Assembly (NCBI GenBank): GCA_900768185.1
Contig: CAAGCB010000029.1
Coordinates: 204,856 to 268,855 of the forward strand
Length of the DNA: 64,000 nucleotides
Direction: 5' to 3'
Source of the DNA: Alphaproteobacteria bacterium
GTDB taxonomy: Bacteria > Pseudomonadota > Alphaproteobacteria > CAAGCB01 > CAG-977
A program made the translations under genes and the position numbers. The notes under the pieces were generated by a model that worked only from the letters and a program-made list of their open reading frames with translations, made no database searches and was not told where the DNA came from. Positions 8,534 to 18,085 of this stretch are shown in pieces. How positions within the stretch are numbered: the stretch's first letter is position 1; each line of letters begins with the position of its first letter.

Positions 8534-9525
8534 ACGCCTTTTTGAAAAAAGCCCGCTGGGACGACGCCGAACGGCGGTTGCTGGCGGCGGACGCGTCTTT
8601 CCGCCACTACGACAGACTGACGCGCGGAAACGAATCGATGGTTTTAATGGACGCCCCGCCCCCGATGGAAGACGTCCGCCCGTTTTTGAAAATCGACCAA
8701 AAATTGGAAGATTTGGGTTACAGCGCGCCCCACGTTCACGCGCAAGATGTTGACGACGGCTTTGTTTTACTGGAGGACTTCGGCGATTCGACCTATACGC
8801 GCCTGTTGAAAAACGGGGCTGACGAACGCGCGCTGTACGAACTGGCGACGGATTTGCTGATCGACCTGAACCGCCGCGACGATTCCGAAACCGTTCCGGC
8901 GGGATTGGCGCGGTATGACAAAGACGCGCTGACGCGCGAAGCCCTGTTGTTCACGGACTGGTTTATGCCCGCCGCGTTCGGACGCGAAACGGATAAAACC
9001 GTCGCCGACGATTTCGTTTTGCTGTGGGAAAAGCTGTTCCCGATTGCGAACGACGTTCCGCAAACGCTGGTTTTGCGGGACTATCACGTCGACAATCTGT
9101 TGCTGCTGAACGACCGTGCGGGCGTCAAAGCCTGCGGCTTGCTGGATTTTCAAGACGCTCTGCACGGCGCGGCGACCTACGACATCATGTCGCTGATGGA
9201 AGACGCGCGCCGCGACATAGACTTTGATTTGCTGACCGCCATGCGCGACCGCTATATCGCGGGCATGGGGGACAAATTGCCGGATCGCGGCGCGTTTTTG
9301 GCGTCCTGGGCGGTTTGGGCGGCGCAACGCCACGTCAAGGTGCTGGGCATTTTCGTCCGTCTGTGCGTGCGCGACGGCAAAAAACGATATTTGCAGCACC
9401 TGCCCAGACTGTGGCGATTGCTGGAACGCGCGTTGGAACACCCCGCGTTGGGCGAAATGAAAGTCTGGTTCGACAAAAACGTCCCCGCCGAATATCGAAA
9501 GATTCCCGCATGTCTTCAAAAATAA
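8509..9525 (+). CDS. amgK: Aminoglycoside-phosphotransferase-fold kinase, AmgK-like (anomeric MurNAc/GlcNAc kinase)
   Basis: In-frame ATG at 8509 (MPERLDRLNAFL), overlapping the tsaE end. APH motifs LRDYHVDNLLLL and LLDFQDA. Synteny tsaE-amgK-murU-addBA is conserved in alphaproteobacteria. Confidence 0.7.
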   Translation: MPERLDRLNAFLKKARWDDAERRLLAADASFRHYDRLTRGNESMVLMDAPPPMEDVRPFLKIDQKLEDLGYSAPHVHAQDVDDGFVLLEDFGDSTYTRLLKNGADERALYELATDLLIDLNRRDDSETVPAGLARYDKDALTREALLFTDWFMPAAFGRETDKTVADDFVLLWEKLFPIANDVPQTLVLRDYHVDNLLLLNDRAGVKACGLLDFQDALHGAATYDIMSLMEDARRDIDFDLLTAMRDRYIAGMGDKLPDRGAFLASWAVWAAQRHVKVLGIFVRLCVRDGKKRYLQHLPRLWRLLERALEHPALGEMKVWFDKNVPAEYRKIPACLQK

Positions 9526-10220
9526 CAAAAGCCATGATTTTGGCGGCGGGGCGCGGCACGCGCATGCGCGAACTGACCGACGAACTGCCGAAACCCCTGA
9601 TTTCCGTGAACGGAGAAACGCTGATCGATCGAATCGCCGACAAAATCGCCGCGTTCGGCATCAAAGACTGCGTTGTGAACCTGTGTTATCTGGGCGATAA
9701 AATCAAAGCCGACCTGAAACGCCGAAACGACCTGCGTTTTTCTTTTTCGATCGAGGAAACCGCGCTGGAAACGGGGGGCGGCGTAAAAAAAGCCCTGCCG
9801 ATGTTGGGAAACGATCCTTTTTTCGTCATTAACGCCGACCCGTTGTGGACCGACGAAACGCCCGCTTTGGAAAAAATGGCGCGGACATTCGACGCGGAAA
9901 CGACGGACGTTCTGTTGCTCTTGTGGTCGATGGATCGCGTGTTCGGTCACGACGGCAAGGGGGACTATTTCATCGAAAACGGATTGCCCCGCCGCAGACG
10001 CCCCGACGAACCGACCGCCCCGTATGTGTTCGCCGGCGCGCAAATCCTGCACCCGCGCCTGTTTAAAAACGCCCCCGACGGCAAATTTTCGCTGAACGTC
10101 CTTTACGACGCGGCGCAAAAATCGGGACGCCTGCGCGCCGTCGTCGGCGAAGGCGATTGGTATCACGTCGGAACGCCCGAAGCGCTGGCTTTGGCGCAGA
10201 GCCGTTTAAAGGATCGGTGA
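9510..10220 (+). CDS. murU: Sugar-1-phosphate nucleotidyltransferase, MurU-like
   Basis: Start MSSKITKAMILAAGRGTRMRELTDELPKPL (nucleotidyltransferase G-rich loop), about 236 aa. Overlaps the amgK end by 16 nt. Confidence 0.7.
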   Translation: MSSKITKAMILAAGRGTRMRELTDELPKPLISVNGETLIDRIADKIAAFGIKDCVVNLCYLGDKIKADLKRRNDLRFSFSIEETALETGGGVKKALPMLGNDPFFVINADPLWTDETPALEKMARTFDAETTDVLLLLWSMDRVFGHDGKGDYFIENGLPRRRRPDEPTAPYVFAGAQILHPRLFKNAPDGKFSLNVLYDAAQKSGRLRAVVGEGDWYHVGTPEALALAQSRLKDR

Positions 10221-10222
10221 TC

Positions 10223-13183
10223 ATGACGGCAAAGCACGTCTTCACCATTTCGCCCGTCCAGCCTTTTGCCGACACGCTGACGGCAGAGCTGTTGAAGCAA
10301 AACGTTTCCGATCCCGCGGAATTGGCGCGCACGGTTTTGTTTTTGCCGACGCGCCGCGCATGTCGAACCGTGCAGGAGGCTTTTTTGCGTCAAAGCGGCG
10401 GGAAACCGCTGATGTTGCCGCGCCTGCTTCCCTTTTCCGCCGTTGAAAAGCCCGAAACTCAGGCTTCGCTGGGATTGCCGGTCGCCGCCGATCCGCCCGA
10501 CGCGATCGCGCCGTTGCGCCGCCGTCTGCTGCTGGCGAAATTGATTCAGCGGCGGGATCAGACGCTGAGCGCGCAAAAAGCGTTGGATCTGGCGGACACG
10601 CTGGCTGCCTTTTTGGACGAAGTTTATATCGAAGGCATGCCTTTCGACCGGCTGAAAGACATCGTCCCCGTCGAATTGGCAGCGCATTGGCAGGAAACGT
10701 TGACCTTTTTGGAAATCATCACCGACGTGTGGCAAGACATTTTGGCGGAAGAACACGTCATCGACGCCGCCGACCGCCAAGTCCGCCTGTTTTCCGCCCT
10801 CGCCCGCCATTGGCGCGCGACGCCGCCCGATTATCCCGTCATCGCGGCGGGATCGACGGGATCGCGTCCCGCCACCGCCGATTTGCTGGACGCCATCGCG
10901 TCAATGGAAAACGGAAAAATCATTCTGCCGGGACTGGATACGATTTCAGACGACGAAAGCTTTGCCGCCGTCGAACCGTCGCACCCGCAGTACAATCTTA
11001 AAAAATTGTTGGAACGCATGGACGTCCCGCGCCGCGACGTTTTGCCGTTCGGAACGCCCGCGACCGAACGGTCGGAACGGCGGCGTCTGATTTGCGAAGC
11101 CATGCGCCCCGCCGCGACGACCGACGGTTGGCGAACCGCGTCAAAATTCGGACAAGACGCCTTAACCGGCGTGCGGAAAATTGATTGCGCCGATGAACGG
11201 GAAGAAGCGCTGGTCATCGCGATGATTTTGCGTCAAACGCTTGAAACGCCCGAAAAGACGGCGGCTTTGATCACGCCCGACCGTTTTCTGGCGCGCCGCG
11301 TTGTCGCCGAAATGAAGCGATGGGGAATCGAAATGGACGATTCGGCGGGAACGAATCTGACGTTGACGCCGACGGGAACTTTTCTGCTTTTACTGGGACA
11401 AGCCGCGCAGTCGAACGCCGCGCCCGCCGATTTGCTGGCATGTCTGAAACACCCGACCGCGCTGGGCGGACAAAGCTTCGCCCCGTTCCGTTCAACCGTG
11501 CGCGAATTGGAACGCCGTCTTTTACGCGGAAAACGCCCCGGAAGCGGTCTGTCGGGGCTGCTTGACGCGGCGGCGCAAAACGTCGGCAACCGGAATCTTG
11601 TTCCGTTTGTTTCCGACCTGATTGAACGGATCGGCGATTTTATCGACATGATGACCGGACGCGATCCCCTGCCTTTCGGCGAAATGCTGGACGCGCACCT
11701 GACCGCCGCCGAACGGCTGGCGCAAAGCGCGGACAAAAGCGGCGCGGAACGCCTGTGGTCGGGCGACGCGGGTGAAGCGGCGGCGGATTTTCTGACGCAA
11801 ATCAAGGAACAAGCCGATTTGATCGGCGATATCGCCCCCGCCGAATATCTGCCGCTGATCTATGCGCTGTTCAAGGGCGTGACCGTGCGTCCGAAATACG
11901 GCACGCACCCGCGGCTGGACATTTTGGGAACGATGGAGGCGCGCCTGATTCAGCCCGACGTGATGATTTTGGGCGGGCTGAACGAAGGTGTCTGGCCGCA
12001 AACGCCCGAAACCGATCCGTGGCTGTCCCGCCCGATGCGGGAAAAATGCGGTTTGCCGTCGCCCGAACGGAAAATCGCGCTGTCCGCCCACGATTTCGCT
12101 CAGGCTTTCTGCGCCCGAAACCTGATTATGACCCGCGCGGTCAAAAGCGGCGGCACCCCCGGCGTCCCGTCCCGCTGGCTGTCGCGTCTGCAAACCGTTT
12201 TGGGCATTTCAGGATTGACGTTCGACGGCGGCGACGAATTGAGCTGGGCGCGGGAAATCGACAAGCCGGCGGTGTCCCTTTCATTTTTGCCGCCGAAACC
12301 GACGCCGCCCGTGTCCGCGCGCCCCCGCCGTCTGTCCGTGACCAAGATTGAAACACTGATGCGCGATCCCTACGGCATTTACGCGCGCCATATTCTGGGA
12401 CTGCAAAAAATCAAAGACATTGACGAACCGTTTTCCGCCGCCGATTTCGGCGCAATCGCGCACAAGATTATCGAAGTGTTCTGCAAACGCCACGCGGACG
12501 GCGTCATACCGGACGACGCCGAAAACGAAATCCTTGCCGTTGCGGACGAACAAATCGCCGCGGCGGACTGCGCGCAAACGGACGCAACGTTTTGGAAACC
12601 GCGCTTACAGTCCGTTTTAATCTGGTTTGTCGATCAAATGCGCGAATGCGGCGACATCAAAAAGGTTTATAGCGAATGCGACGGAGCGTTGACTTTCACG
12701 ACCAAAGGCGGTTCGTTCACGCTGACGGGGCGCGCCGACCGCATCGACCTGTTGAAAGACGGTTCGGCGCGCATCGTCGACTATAAAACGGGCGCGCCCC
12801 CCAGCGAAAGGCGCGTCGTCACGGGATACGCGCCGCAGCTGCCGCTGGAAGCCGCCATTTACAAATACGGCGCATTCGATGACGTTCCGCGCACCGACGC
12901 CAAACAGCTGGAATACTGGCGTCTGATCGGACGCAAAAAAGGCGGAACCGTCAAACGGCTGAAAGCCGACGCGCAAGAACTGACCGACGACGCCCTGAAC
13001 AGGTTAAAGGATTTGATCAACGCCTACGACGACGAATCCATGCCCTATTACGCCACACCCGACACCAGCCTGTCGCTTGCCTACAACGACTACGAACATC
13101 TGGCGCGTTTTGACGAATGGGCGACGGCGGCGGAAAACGAAGACGATGACGAAGACGACGGCGAAGCGGAGGACGAAGAATGA
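10223..13183 (+). CDS. addB: Double-strand break repair nuclease AddB (alphaproteobacterial AddAB, PD-(D/E)XK C-terminal nuclease)
   Basis: About 986 aa immediately preceding and overlapping addA. C-terminal RIDRIDLLKDGSARIVDYKTG nuclease-motif region, acidic tail. Start at ATG 10223 (MTAKHVF) right after the murU stop. Confidence 0.8.
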   Translation: MTAKHVFTISPVQPFADTLTAELLKQNVSDPAELARTVLFLPTRRACRTVQEAFLRQSGGKPLMLPRLLPFSAVEKPETQASLGLPVAADPPDAIAPLRRRLLLAKLIQRRDQTLSAQKALDLADTLAAFLDEVYIEGMPFDRLKDIVPVELAAHWQETLTFLEIITDVWQDILAEEHVIDAADRQVRLFSALARHWRATPPDYPVIAAGSTGSRPATADLLDAIASMENGKIILPGLDTISDDESFAAVEPSHPQYNLKKLLERMDVPRRDVLPFGTPATERSERRRLICEAMRPAATTDGWRTASKFGQDALTGVRKIDCADEREEALVIAMILRQTLETPEKTAALITPDRFLARRVVAEMKRWGIEMDDSAGTNLTLTPTGTFLLLLGQAAQSNAAPADLLACLKHPTALGGQSFAPFRSTVRELERRLLRGKRPGSGLSGLLDAAAQNVGNRNLVPFVSDLIERIGDFIDMMTGRDPLPFGEMLDAHLTAAERLAQSADKSGAERLWSGDAGEAAADFLTQIKEQADLIGDIAPAEYLPLIYALFKGVTVRPKYGTHPRLDILGTMEARLIQPDVMILGGLNEGVWPQTPETDPWLSRPMREKCGLPSPERKIALSAHDFAQAFCARNLIMTRAVKSGGTPGVPSRWLSRLQTVLGISGLTFDGGDELSWAREIDKPAVSLSFLPPKPTPPVSARPRRLSVTKIETLMRDPYGIYARHILGLQKIKDIDEPFSAADFGAIAHKIIEVFCKRHADGVIPDDAENEILAVADEQIAAADCAQTDATFWKPRLQSVLIWFVDQMRECGDIKKVYSECDGALTFTTKGGSFTLTGRADRIDLLKDGSARIVDYKTGAPPSERRVVTGYAPQLPLEAAIYKYGAFDDVPRTDAKQLEYWRLIGRKKGGTVKRLKADAQELTDDALNRLKDLINAYDDESMPYYATPDTSLSLAYNDYEHLARFDEWATAAENEDDDEDDGEAEDEE

Positions 13184-16100
13184 TTGATGCGACAGATCCG
13201 AACGCTTTGCAGCGCGTGGCGGCGAATCCGTTTGAATCCGCATGGGTGGCGGCATCGGCGGGATCGGGAAAGACAAAAGTCCTGTCCGACCGCGTGCTGA
13301 ATCTGCTGTTGACGGGAACGCCGCCCGAAAAGATTCTGTGCCTGACCTTCACGCGAACGGCGGCGGCGCAAATGGCGAACAAGATTTCAGAACGGTTGGG
13401 CAAATGGGCGGCGGAGGACGAATCCGATTTAATCAAGGATTTGACCGATTTAAGAAACGCGCCGCCCGACGCCCCTTTGATCGCGCGCGCCCGACGGCTG
13501 TTCGCGCGCCTGCTGGACACGGCGGGGGGATTGAAAATCACGACCCTGCACGGCTTTTGCCAATCCCTGTTGAAACGTTTTCCGCTGGAAGCGGGCATTT
13601 CCCCGCATTTCGACGTGACGGACGAATCCGGCGCGAAAGACTTGATCGCCCGCGCGCAGACCGATGTTTTGCGGGATTCCGCCTATGCCGACTGTCTGAA
13701 AACAATCACGCTGATGACGGACGAAGACGGCTTTTTAAAGCTTTTGGCGGAAATGACGTTTCACATGTCGAAACTGCGCCGGATCAACGAACGTTTTAAA
13801 ACGCCCGAAGCGTTGAAAGCCGCCTACGAATCCGCCTTGTCCCTGCCGTCGAACGCGACGAAAGAAAGCCTGACGCGCGATTTTTGCCGTTTAAGCGAAG
13901 AACGTAAAGCCGCGCTGAAAACAGCCGTCGCGATCCTGTCGGAATCAACGAAATCGACTGACACGAAAAACGGCGCGGTCATCGCGGATTTTTTGACCGC
14001 CGACGAAACCGACAGACTCGAACGGTTGGACAAATATATCGACGCCTTTGTCACACAAAGCGACACGATCCGGTCAAGACTGGTCTGCAAAGAATCCGCC
14101 GCCGCCCTGCCCGTCGTTCGAAAAGAGGCGGAGCTGGCTTTGACCTGTCGCCAACAGCTGAAATCGCTGGCGACGATGGCGCGTTCAACGGATTTGTTGA
14201 AAATCGGCACGGCGATTTTGAACCGCTACACGGCGCTGAAAGCCGAACGCGGCGTCATGGACTACGACGATTTGATCGCGACGGCGAAACATCTGCTGGA
14301 AACGTCGAACGCCGCGGCGTGGGTTTTGTTCAAGCTGGACGGCGGCATCGACCACATTCTGGTTGACGAAGCGCAGGACACCAGCCCCGACCAGTGGGCG
14401 ATCGTCAAAGCTCTGGCGGACGAATTTTTCGCCGGAGCGGGACGCGAAACGCAGAACAGGACGATCTTTGCCGTCGGAGATAAAAAACAGTCGATTTTCA
14501 GCTTTCAGGGCGCGGTTCCCGAAGAATTCGAACGCATGCGCCTGTTTTTCGAACAAAAGGTCGAAGCTGCCGGAAAAAAATGGAACAACGTGCCGATGTA
14601 TATTTCGTTTCGTTCCGTTCAATCCGTCATTGACGCGGTCAATCTGGTTTTGCAGTCGCCCGTTCCCCGCGACGGCGTCGTCGCCCCCGACGAAAACGCG
14701 ACGCATATTTCCTTCCGCAAAAATCAAGGGGGACTGGTCGAAGTTTGGGAATTGGAAAAAAAGAAACCCGACGACACGCGCCAACCGTTCACCAAACCCG
14801 TCGAGCGGACTTTTTCGCAAACGCCGACAACGCGTCTGGCGCAGAAAATCGCGCGTCGGATTGCGCGCATGGTTCGCGGCGGGGAAATTTTGGAATCGCA
14901 AAACAGACCGATCCGCGCGGGCGACATTTTGGTTTTGGTGCGCCGCCGCAACGCTTTTATCGAAGACCTGTCCCGCGAACTGAAAACGCTGGGGGTTCCC
15001 GTTTCCGGCGTCGACCGACTGAAGATCACGACGCACATCGCGGTCAGGGATCTGATGGTTTTGGGGGATTTCCTTTTATTGCCCGAAGACGATCTGGCTT
15101 TGGCGACCGTTTTGCGTTCCCCCCTGTGCGGCACGTCCGCCGACGATTTAAGCGTCGCCGACATCGCCGCCGCCAAACGGGCGGGCGCGCCGCCGATCGG
15201 CGTTTCGGAACGGGATTTGTTCGACCTTGCGTTCGACCGTGGCGGACAGACGCTGTTTGATCGGCTGAAAGCATACGAAAACCGCCCCGACACCCCGCAG
15301 GGAAAAGCGTATCTGTTTTTAAAAGATTTGTTGGGACGGGTCGACAAGATGCGCCCGTTTGAACTTTATTCCTACATTTTGGATTCCAAAGGCGGACGCG
15401 CGGCATTTGTATCGCGTTTAGGCGAACAGGCGCTGGACGCTTTAGACGAATTTATGTCGCTGGCGTTGAAATTCGACATGACCAGCCCGCCGTCGTTGCA
15501 AAATTTTTTGATTTTCCTGCGCCGAAACGATGTTGAAATCAAACGCGATCCGGAACAATCCGCCTTTGACGCCGTGCGCATCATGACCGTTCACGCGTCA
15601 AAGGGATTGCAGGCGCCGATTGTCTTTTTGCCCGACACGCATCAAACGCCGACCGTCAAATCCCGCACGTTCTGGACGGACGACGACGATTTGCCGTTAT
15701 GGTCGCCGTCCAGCCCGACCGCCTGCGAACGCGTCAAAGAGGAAATCGCCGCCGAAGAACAAAAACAGTTTCGGGAATACAACCGTCTGCTGTATGTCGC
15801 GCTGACCCGCGCCGCGGATCGCCTGTACGTCGCGGGGTGGGAAAGCAAAGGATCGCCGACCGCCGACTGGCACACATCGGTTCAAAAAGCGCTGAGCGGA
15901 TACGCGGCAAGCGTTCAAACCGACGAATCGGATTCCCCCGTTCTGCGATTGACCTGCGAACAGACCGTCCCCCCCGCTTTGGCGCAAAAATCGGCTGAAA
16001 TCCGCGCCCCCGCCCCATTACCCGCATGGGCGAACCGCCCCGCGCCCGCCGAACCGACTCCGCCGCGTCCGCTTGCCCCGTCGCGTCCCGACGTGGACGA

Positions 16101-16632
16101 TCCCGCCGCGCAATCTCCGTTGACGATCGGTCGCGTCGCCGCCGTGAAACGCGGAATTTTGGTGCATTCGCTGTTGGAGGTTCTGCCGCGCCATTCCGAA
16201 ACCGATCGTTTCGCCGTTGCGCGGAAACTGATCAAGACCCGCGCCCCCGGCATATCCGACGCCGACGCCGACGAATTGATCCGTTCCGTCGTTTCATTAC
16301 TGACCGCGCCGGAATGCGCGGGCGTTTTCCTGCCCGATTCGCTTTCGGAAGTCCCCGTTTCGGGCGTTGTGAACGACCGCGTCGTGAACGGCAGAATCGA
16401 CCGCGTCGCGATTTCGGAAAACGAAGTCCGCCTGTTTGATTACAAATCGGGCGGTCGCGTTCCCGACGGCGTCGACGAAACGCCCGAAGCCTATATTCTT
16501 CAAATGGCGGCGTACAGGGCGCTGACGCGTCAAATCTATCCCGACAAAACGGTGCGCTGTTTCCTGCTGTGGACAGAGGCGCCGAAAGTCGTCGAAATCA
16601 CGGATTTGATTGCGGAACGCGAACGGAATTAA
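13180..16632 (+). CDS. addA: Double-strand break repair helicase-nuclease AddA (UvrD/Rep superfamily I)
   Basis: Walker A AASAGSGKTKVL, helicase motifs (VDEAQDTSP, ...), C-terminal nuclease domain. ATG overlaps the addB stop (ATGA). Confidence 0.9.
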   Translation: MIDATDPNALQRVAANPFESAWVAASAGSGKTKVLSDRVLNLLLTGTPPEKILCLTFTRTAAAQMANKISERLGKWAAEDESDLIKDLTDLRNAPPDAPLIARARRLFARLLDTAGGLKITTLHGFCQSLLKRFPLEAGISPHFDVTDESGAKDLIARAQTDVLRDSAYADCLKTITLMTDEDGFLKLLAEMTFHMSKLRRINERFKTPEALKAAYESALSLPSNATKESLTRDFCRLSEERKAALKTAVAILSESTKSTDTKNGAVIADFLTADETDRLERLDKYIDAFVTQSDTIRSRLVCKESAAALPVVRKEAELALTCRQQLKSLATMARSTDLLKIGTAILNRYTALKAERGVMDYDDLIATAKHLLETSNAAAWVLFKLDGGIDHILVDEAQDTSPDQWAIVKALADEFFAGAGRETQNRTIFAVGDKKQSIFSFQGAVPEEFERMRLFFEQKVEAAGKKWNNVPMYISFRSVQSVIDAVNLVLQSPVPRDGVVAPDENATHISFRKNQGGLVEVWELEKKKPDDTRQPFTKPVERTFSQTPTTRLAQKIARRIARMVRGGEILESQNRPIRAGDILVLVRRRNAFIEDLSRELKTLGVPVSGVDRLKITTHIAVRDLMVLGDFLLLPEDDLALATVLRSPLCGTSADDLSVADIAAAKRAGAPPIGVSERDLFDLAFDRGGQTLFDRLKAYENRPDTPQGKAYLFLKDLLGRVDKMRPFELYSYILDSKGGRAAFVSRLGEQALDALDEFMSLALKFDMTSPPSLQNFLIFLRRNDVEIKRDPEQSAFDAVRIMTVHASKGLQAPIVFLPDTHQTPTVKSRTFWTDDDDLPLWSPSSPTACERVKEEIAAEEQKQFREYNRLLYVALTRAADRLYVAGWESKGSPTADWHTSVQKALSGYAASVQTDESDSPVLRLTCEQTVPPALAQKSAEIRAPAPLPAWANRPAPAEPTPPRPLAPSRPDVDDPAAQSPLTIGRVAAVKRGILVHSLLEVLPRHSETDRFAVARKLIKTRAPGISDADADELIRSVVSLLTAPECAGVFLPDSLSEVPVSGVVNDRVVNGRIDRVAISENEVRLFDYKSGGRVPDGVDETPEAYILQMAAYRALTRQIYPDKTVRCFLLWTEAPKVVEITDLIAERERN

Positions 16633-16634
16633 GC

Positions 16635-16662
16635 AAAAACAAAAACAAAAACAAAAACAAAA
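16635..16662. repeat. Hexanucleotide microsatellite (AAAAAC)4 plus AAAA, followed by an 8-bp-stem hairpin
   Basis: Read directly: gc aaaaac aaaaac aaaaac aaaaac aaaa gc. Lies between convergent addA and the 2-hydroxyacid dehydrogenase gene. Confidence 0.9.
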
Positions 16663-16712
16663 GCGGAACCGTTCAAACAGCCCCGCTTTTGCCCGCGTTC
16701 AATCGTTAAGAT

Positions 16713-17759
16713 TTATTTATTCAAAACGGAATTGATCGTTTTGCCGTTCACGAACGAAACGATGCTTTCGTCCGCCGTTCTCAGAATGCGGTGCACCGCG
16801 TCGATCGAATTGAACGCGACATGCGGCGTGATGACGACGTTTTTCAGCTGCAACATGCGCAGGTTGATCAGCGAACGCAACAGCGTGTCGGATTCGTGCG
16901 TTTCAATCGCGGACAAGTACAGATCGTCATGAATCAGCGGCGATTCGTATTCCAGAACGTCCAGCCCCGCGCCGTAGACTTTGCCGCGGGACAGCGCCTT
17001 GTACAACGCTTCGGTATCGATCAGTTCGCCGCGCGCGGTGTTGACGATGACGACACCCTGTTTCATTTTGGCAAACGCCGCGTCGTCCAGCAAGTGATAG
17101 TTTTCCTTGGTCAGCGGACAATGCAGCGTGATGACGTCGGACTGCGACAGCAATTCGTCCAGCGAAACGTATTTGAATCCGTATTCGGCGGCGAATTTTT
17201 CGTTGGGATACGGATCGAACGCCAACAGGGTCATGTCAAAGCTTTTGGCGATTTTGGCGACATAGCGTCCGATCGCGCCCGTGCCGACGATGCCGATCGT
17301 GCGTCCGCGCAAATCGAAACCCAGATAGCGGTCGGTGCTGACGTGGCTTTCCTGAACGGCGCGGAAAGAACGGCTGATTTTACGGGTTACGTCGATCAGC
17401 AGACCGAACGTGTATTCCGCAACGGTCGAATCGCCGTATCCGGGGACGTTGACGACTTCGATCCCGTGTTCGCGGCAGTATGCCAGATCGACGTTGTTAT
17501 AGCCCGTCGAACGCAACGCGATCAGTTTCAGATTCGGGAATTTCGACAAAACGCGCGCACCGACGTCGACGGCGTGAACGAACACCGAAATGATATCCGC
17601 GTCGGCGACCCGATTGATTTCATCTTCGTTCAGATCGGCGGGGCTTTTTTCCAGATAGACGGTTTGCGCGTCGATCGGCAGCGGATTCTTTTTATAGTAG
17701 TCGGCGGCGATTTCCGAAACATTGAAATAAACGATTTTTGTCATGGCATACTCCATCAA
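16713..17759 (-). CDS. D-isomer-specific 2-hydroxyacid dehydrogenase (D-lactate dehydrogenase-like)
   Basis: NAD-binding GIVGTGAIGRYVAKIA, catalytic-domain motifs (ARGELID, ...HVAFNS). Start may be the internal MTKIVYF. Confidence 0.8.
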   Translation of the reverse strand: MMEYAMTKIVYFNVSEIAADYYKKNPLPIDAQTVYLEKSPADLNEDEINRVADADIISVFVHAVDVGARVLSKFPNLKLIALRSTGYNNVDLAYCREHGIEVVNVPGYGDSTVAEYTFGLLIDVTRKISRSFRAVQESHVSTDRYLGFDLRGRTIGIVGTGAIGRYVAKIAKSFDMTLLAFDPYPNEKFAAEYGFKYVSLDELLSQSDVITLHCPLTKENYHLLDDAAFAKMKQGVVIVNTARGELIDTEALYKALSRGKVYGAGLDVLEYESPLIHDDLYLSAIETHESDTLLRSLINLRMLQLKNVVITPHVAFNSIDAVHRILRTADESIVSFVNGKTINSVLNK

Positions 17760-18085
17760 TTTTCAATCTTTGACGCGTGAAATATAGGACGGTTTTCAAA
17801 AAAATCAATATGGCTTATATGACAAAAATCACAAAACGGGACAAAACGGAAAAGTCGGCGGCTTCCGTCGGTCGGGACGCGACTGTGCGGCGGGATCGCG
17901 TCGGCGGTGTTCGCCGCCGTCTTGCAACTGGGCAAATATTGCCTGTTGCAGTGGCGGAAAAGGTGTGCTAGCGTAATTGACGATGGAAAATACAAAACGA
18001 CCGTAGCGTCGTTTCCATACAACCGCCCCCGAAAGGGGTAACACCCTAAAACGGGGCTGTATCAATCCAAGAAAGGAGAAATATC

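Noticed and set aside
10157-10222. ORF-track start of addB at 10157 (MVSRRNARSAGF...).
   Set aside because: It overlaps the murU 3' end by 64 nt in another frame. The ATG at 10223 (MTAKHVF) immediately after the murU stop is the more parsimonious start.
17925-17945. Sigma54-like TGGGCAAATATTGCC upstream of the flagellin-like gene.
   Set aside because: The GG-to-GC spacing is one nucleotide short of the consensus. It is retained only as a near-palindrome (GGCAA-N3-TTGCC) in the leader description.
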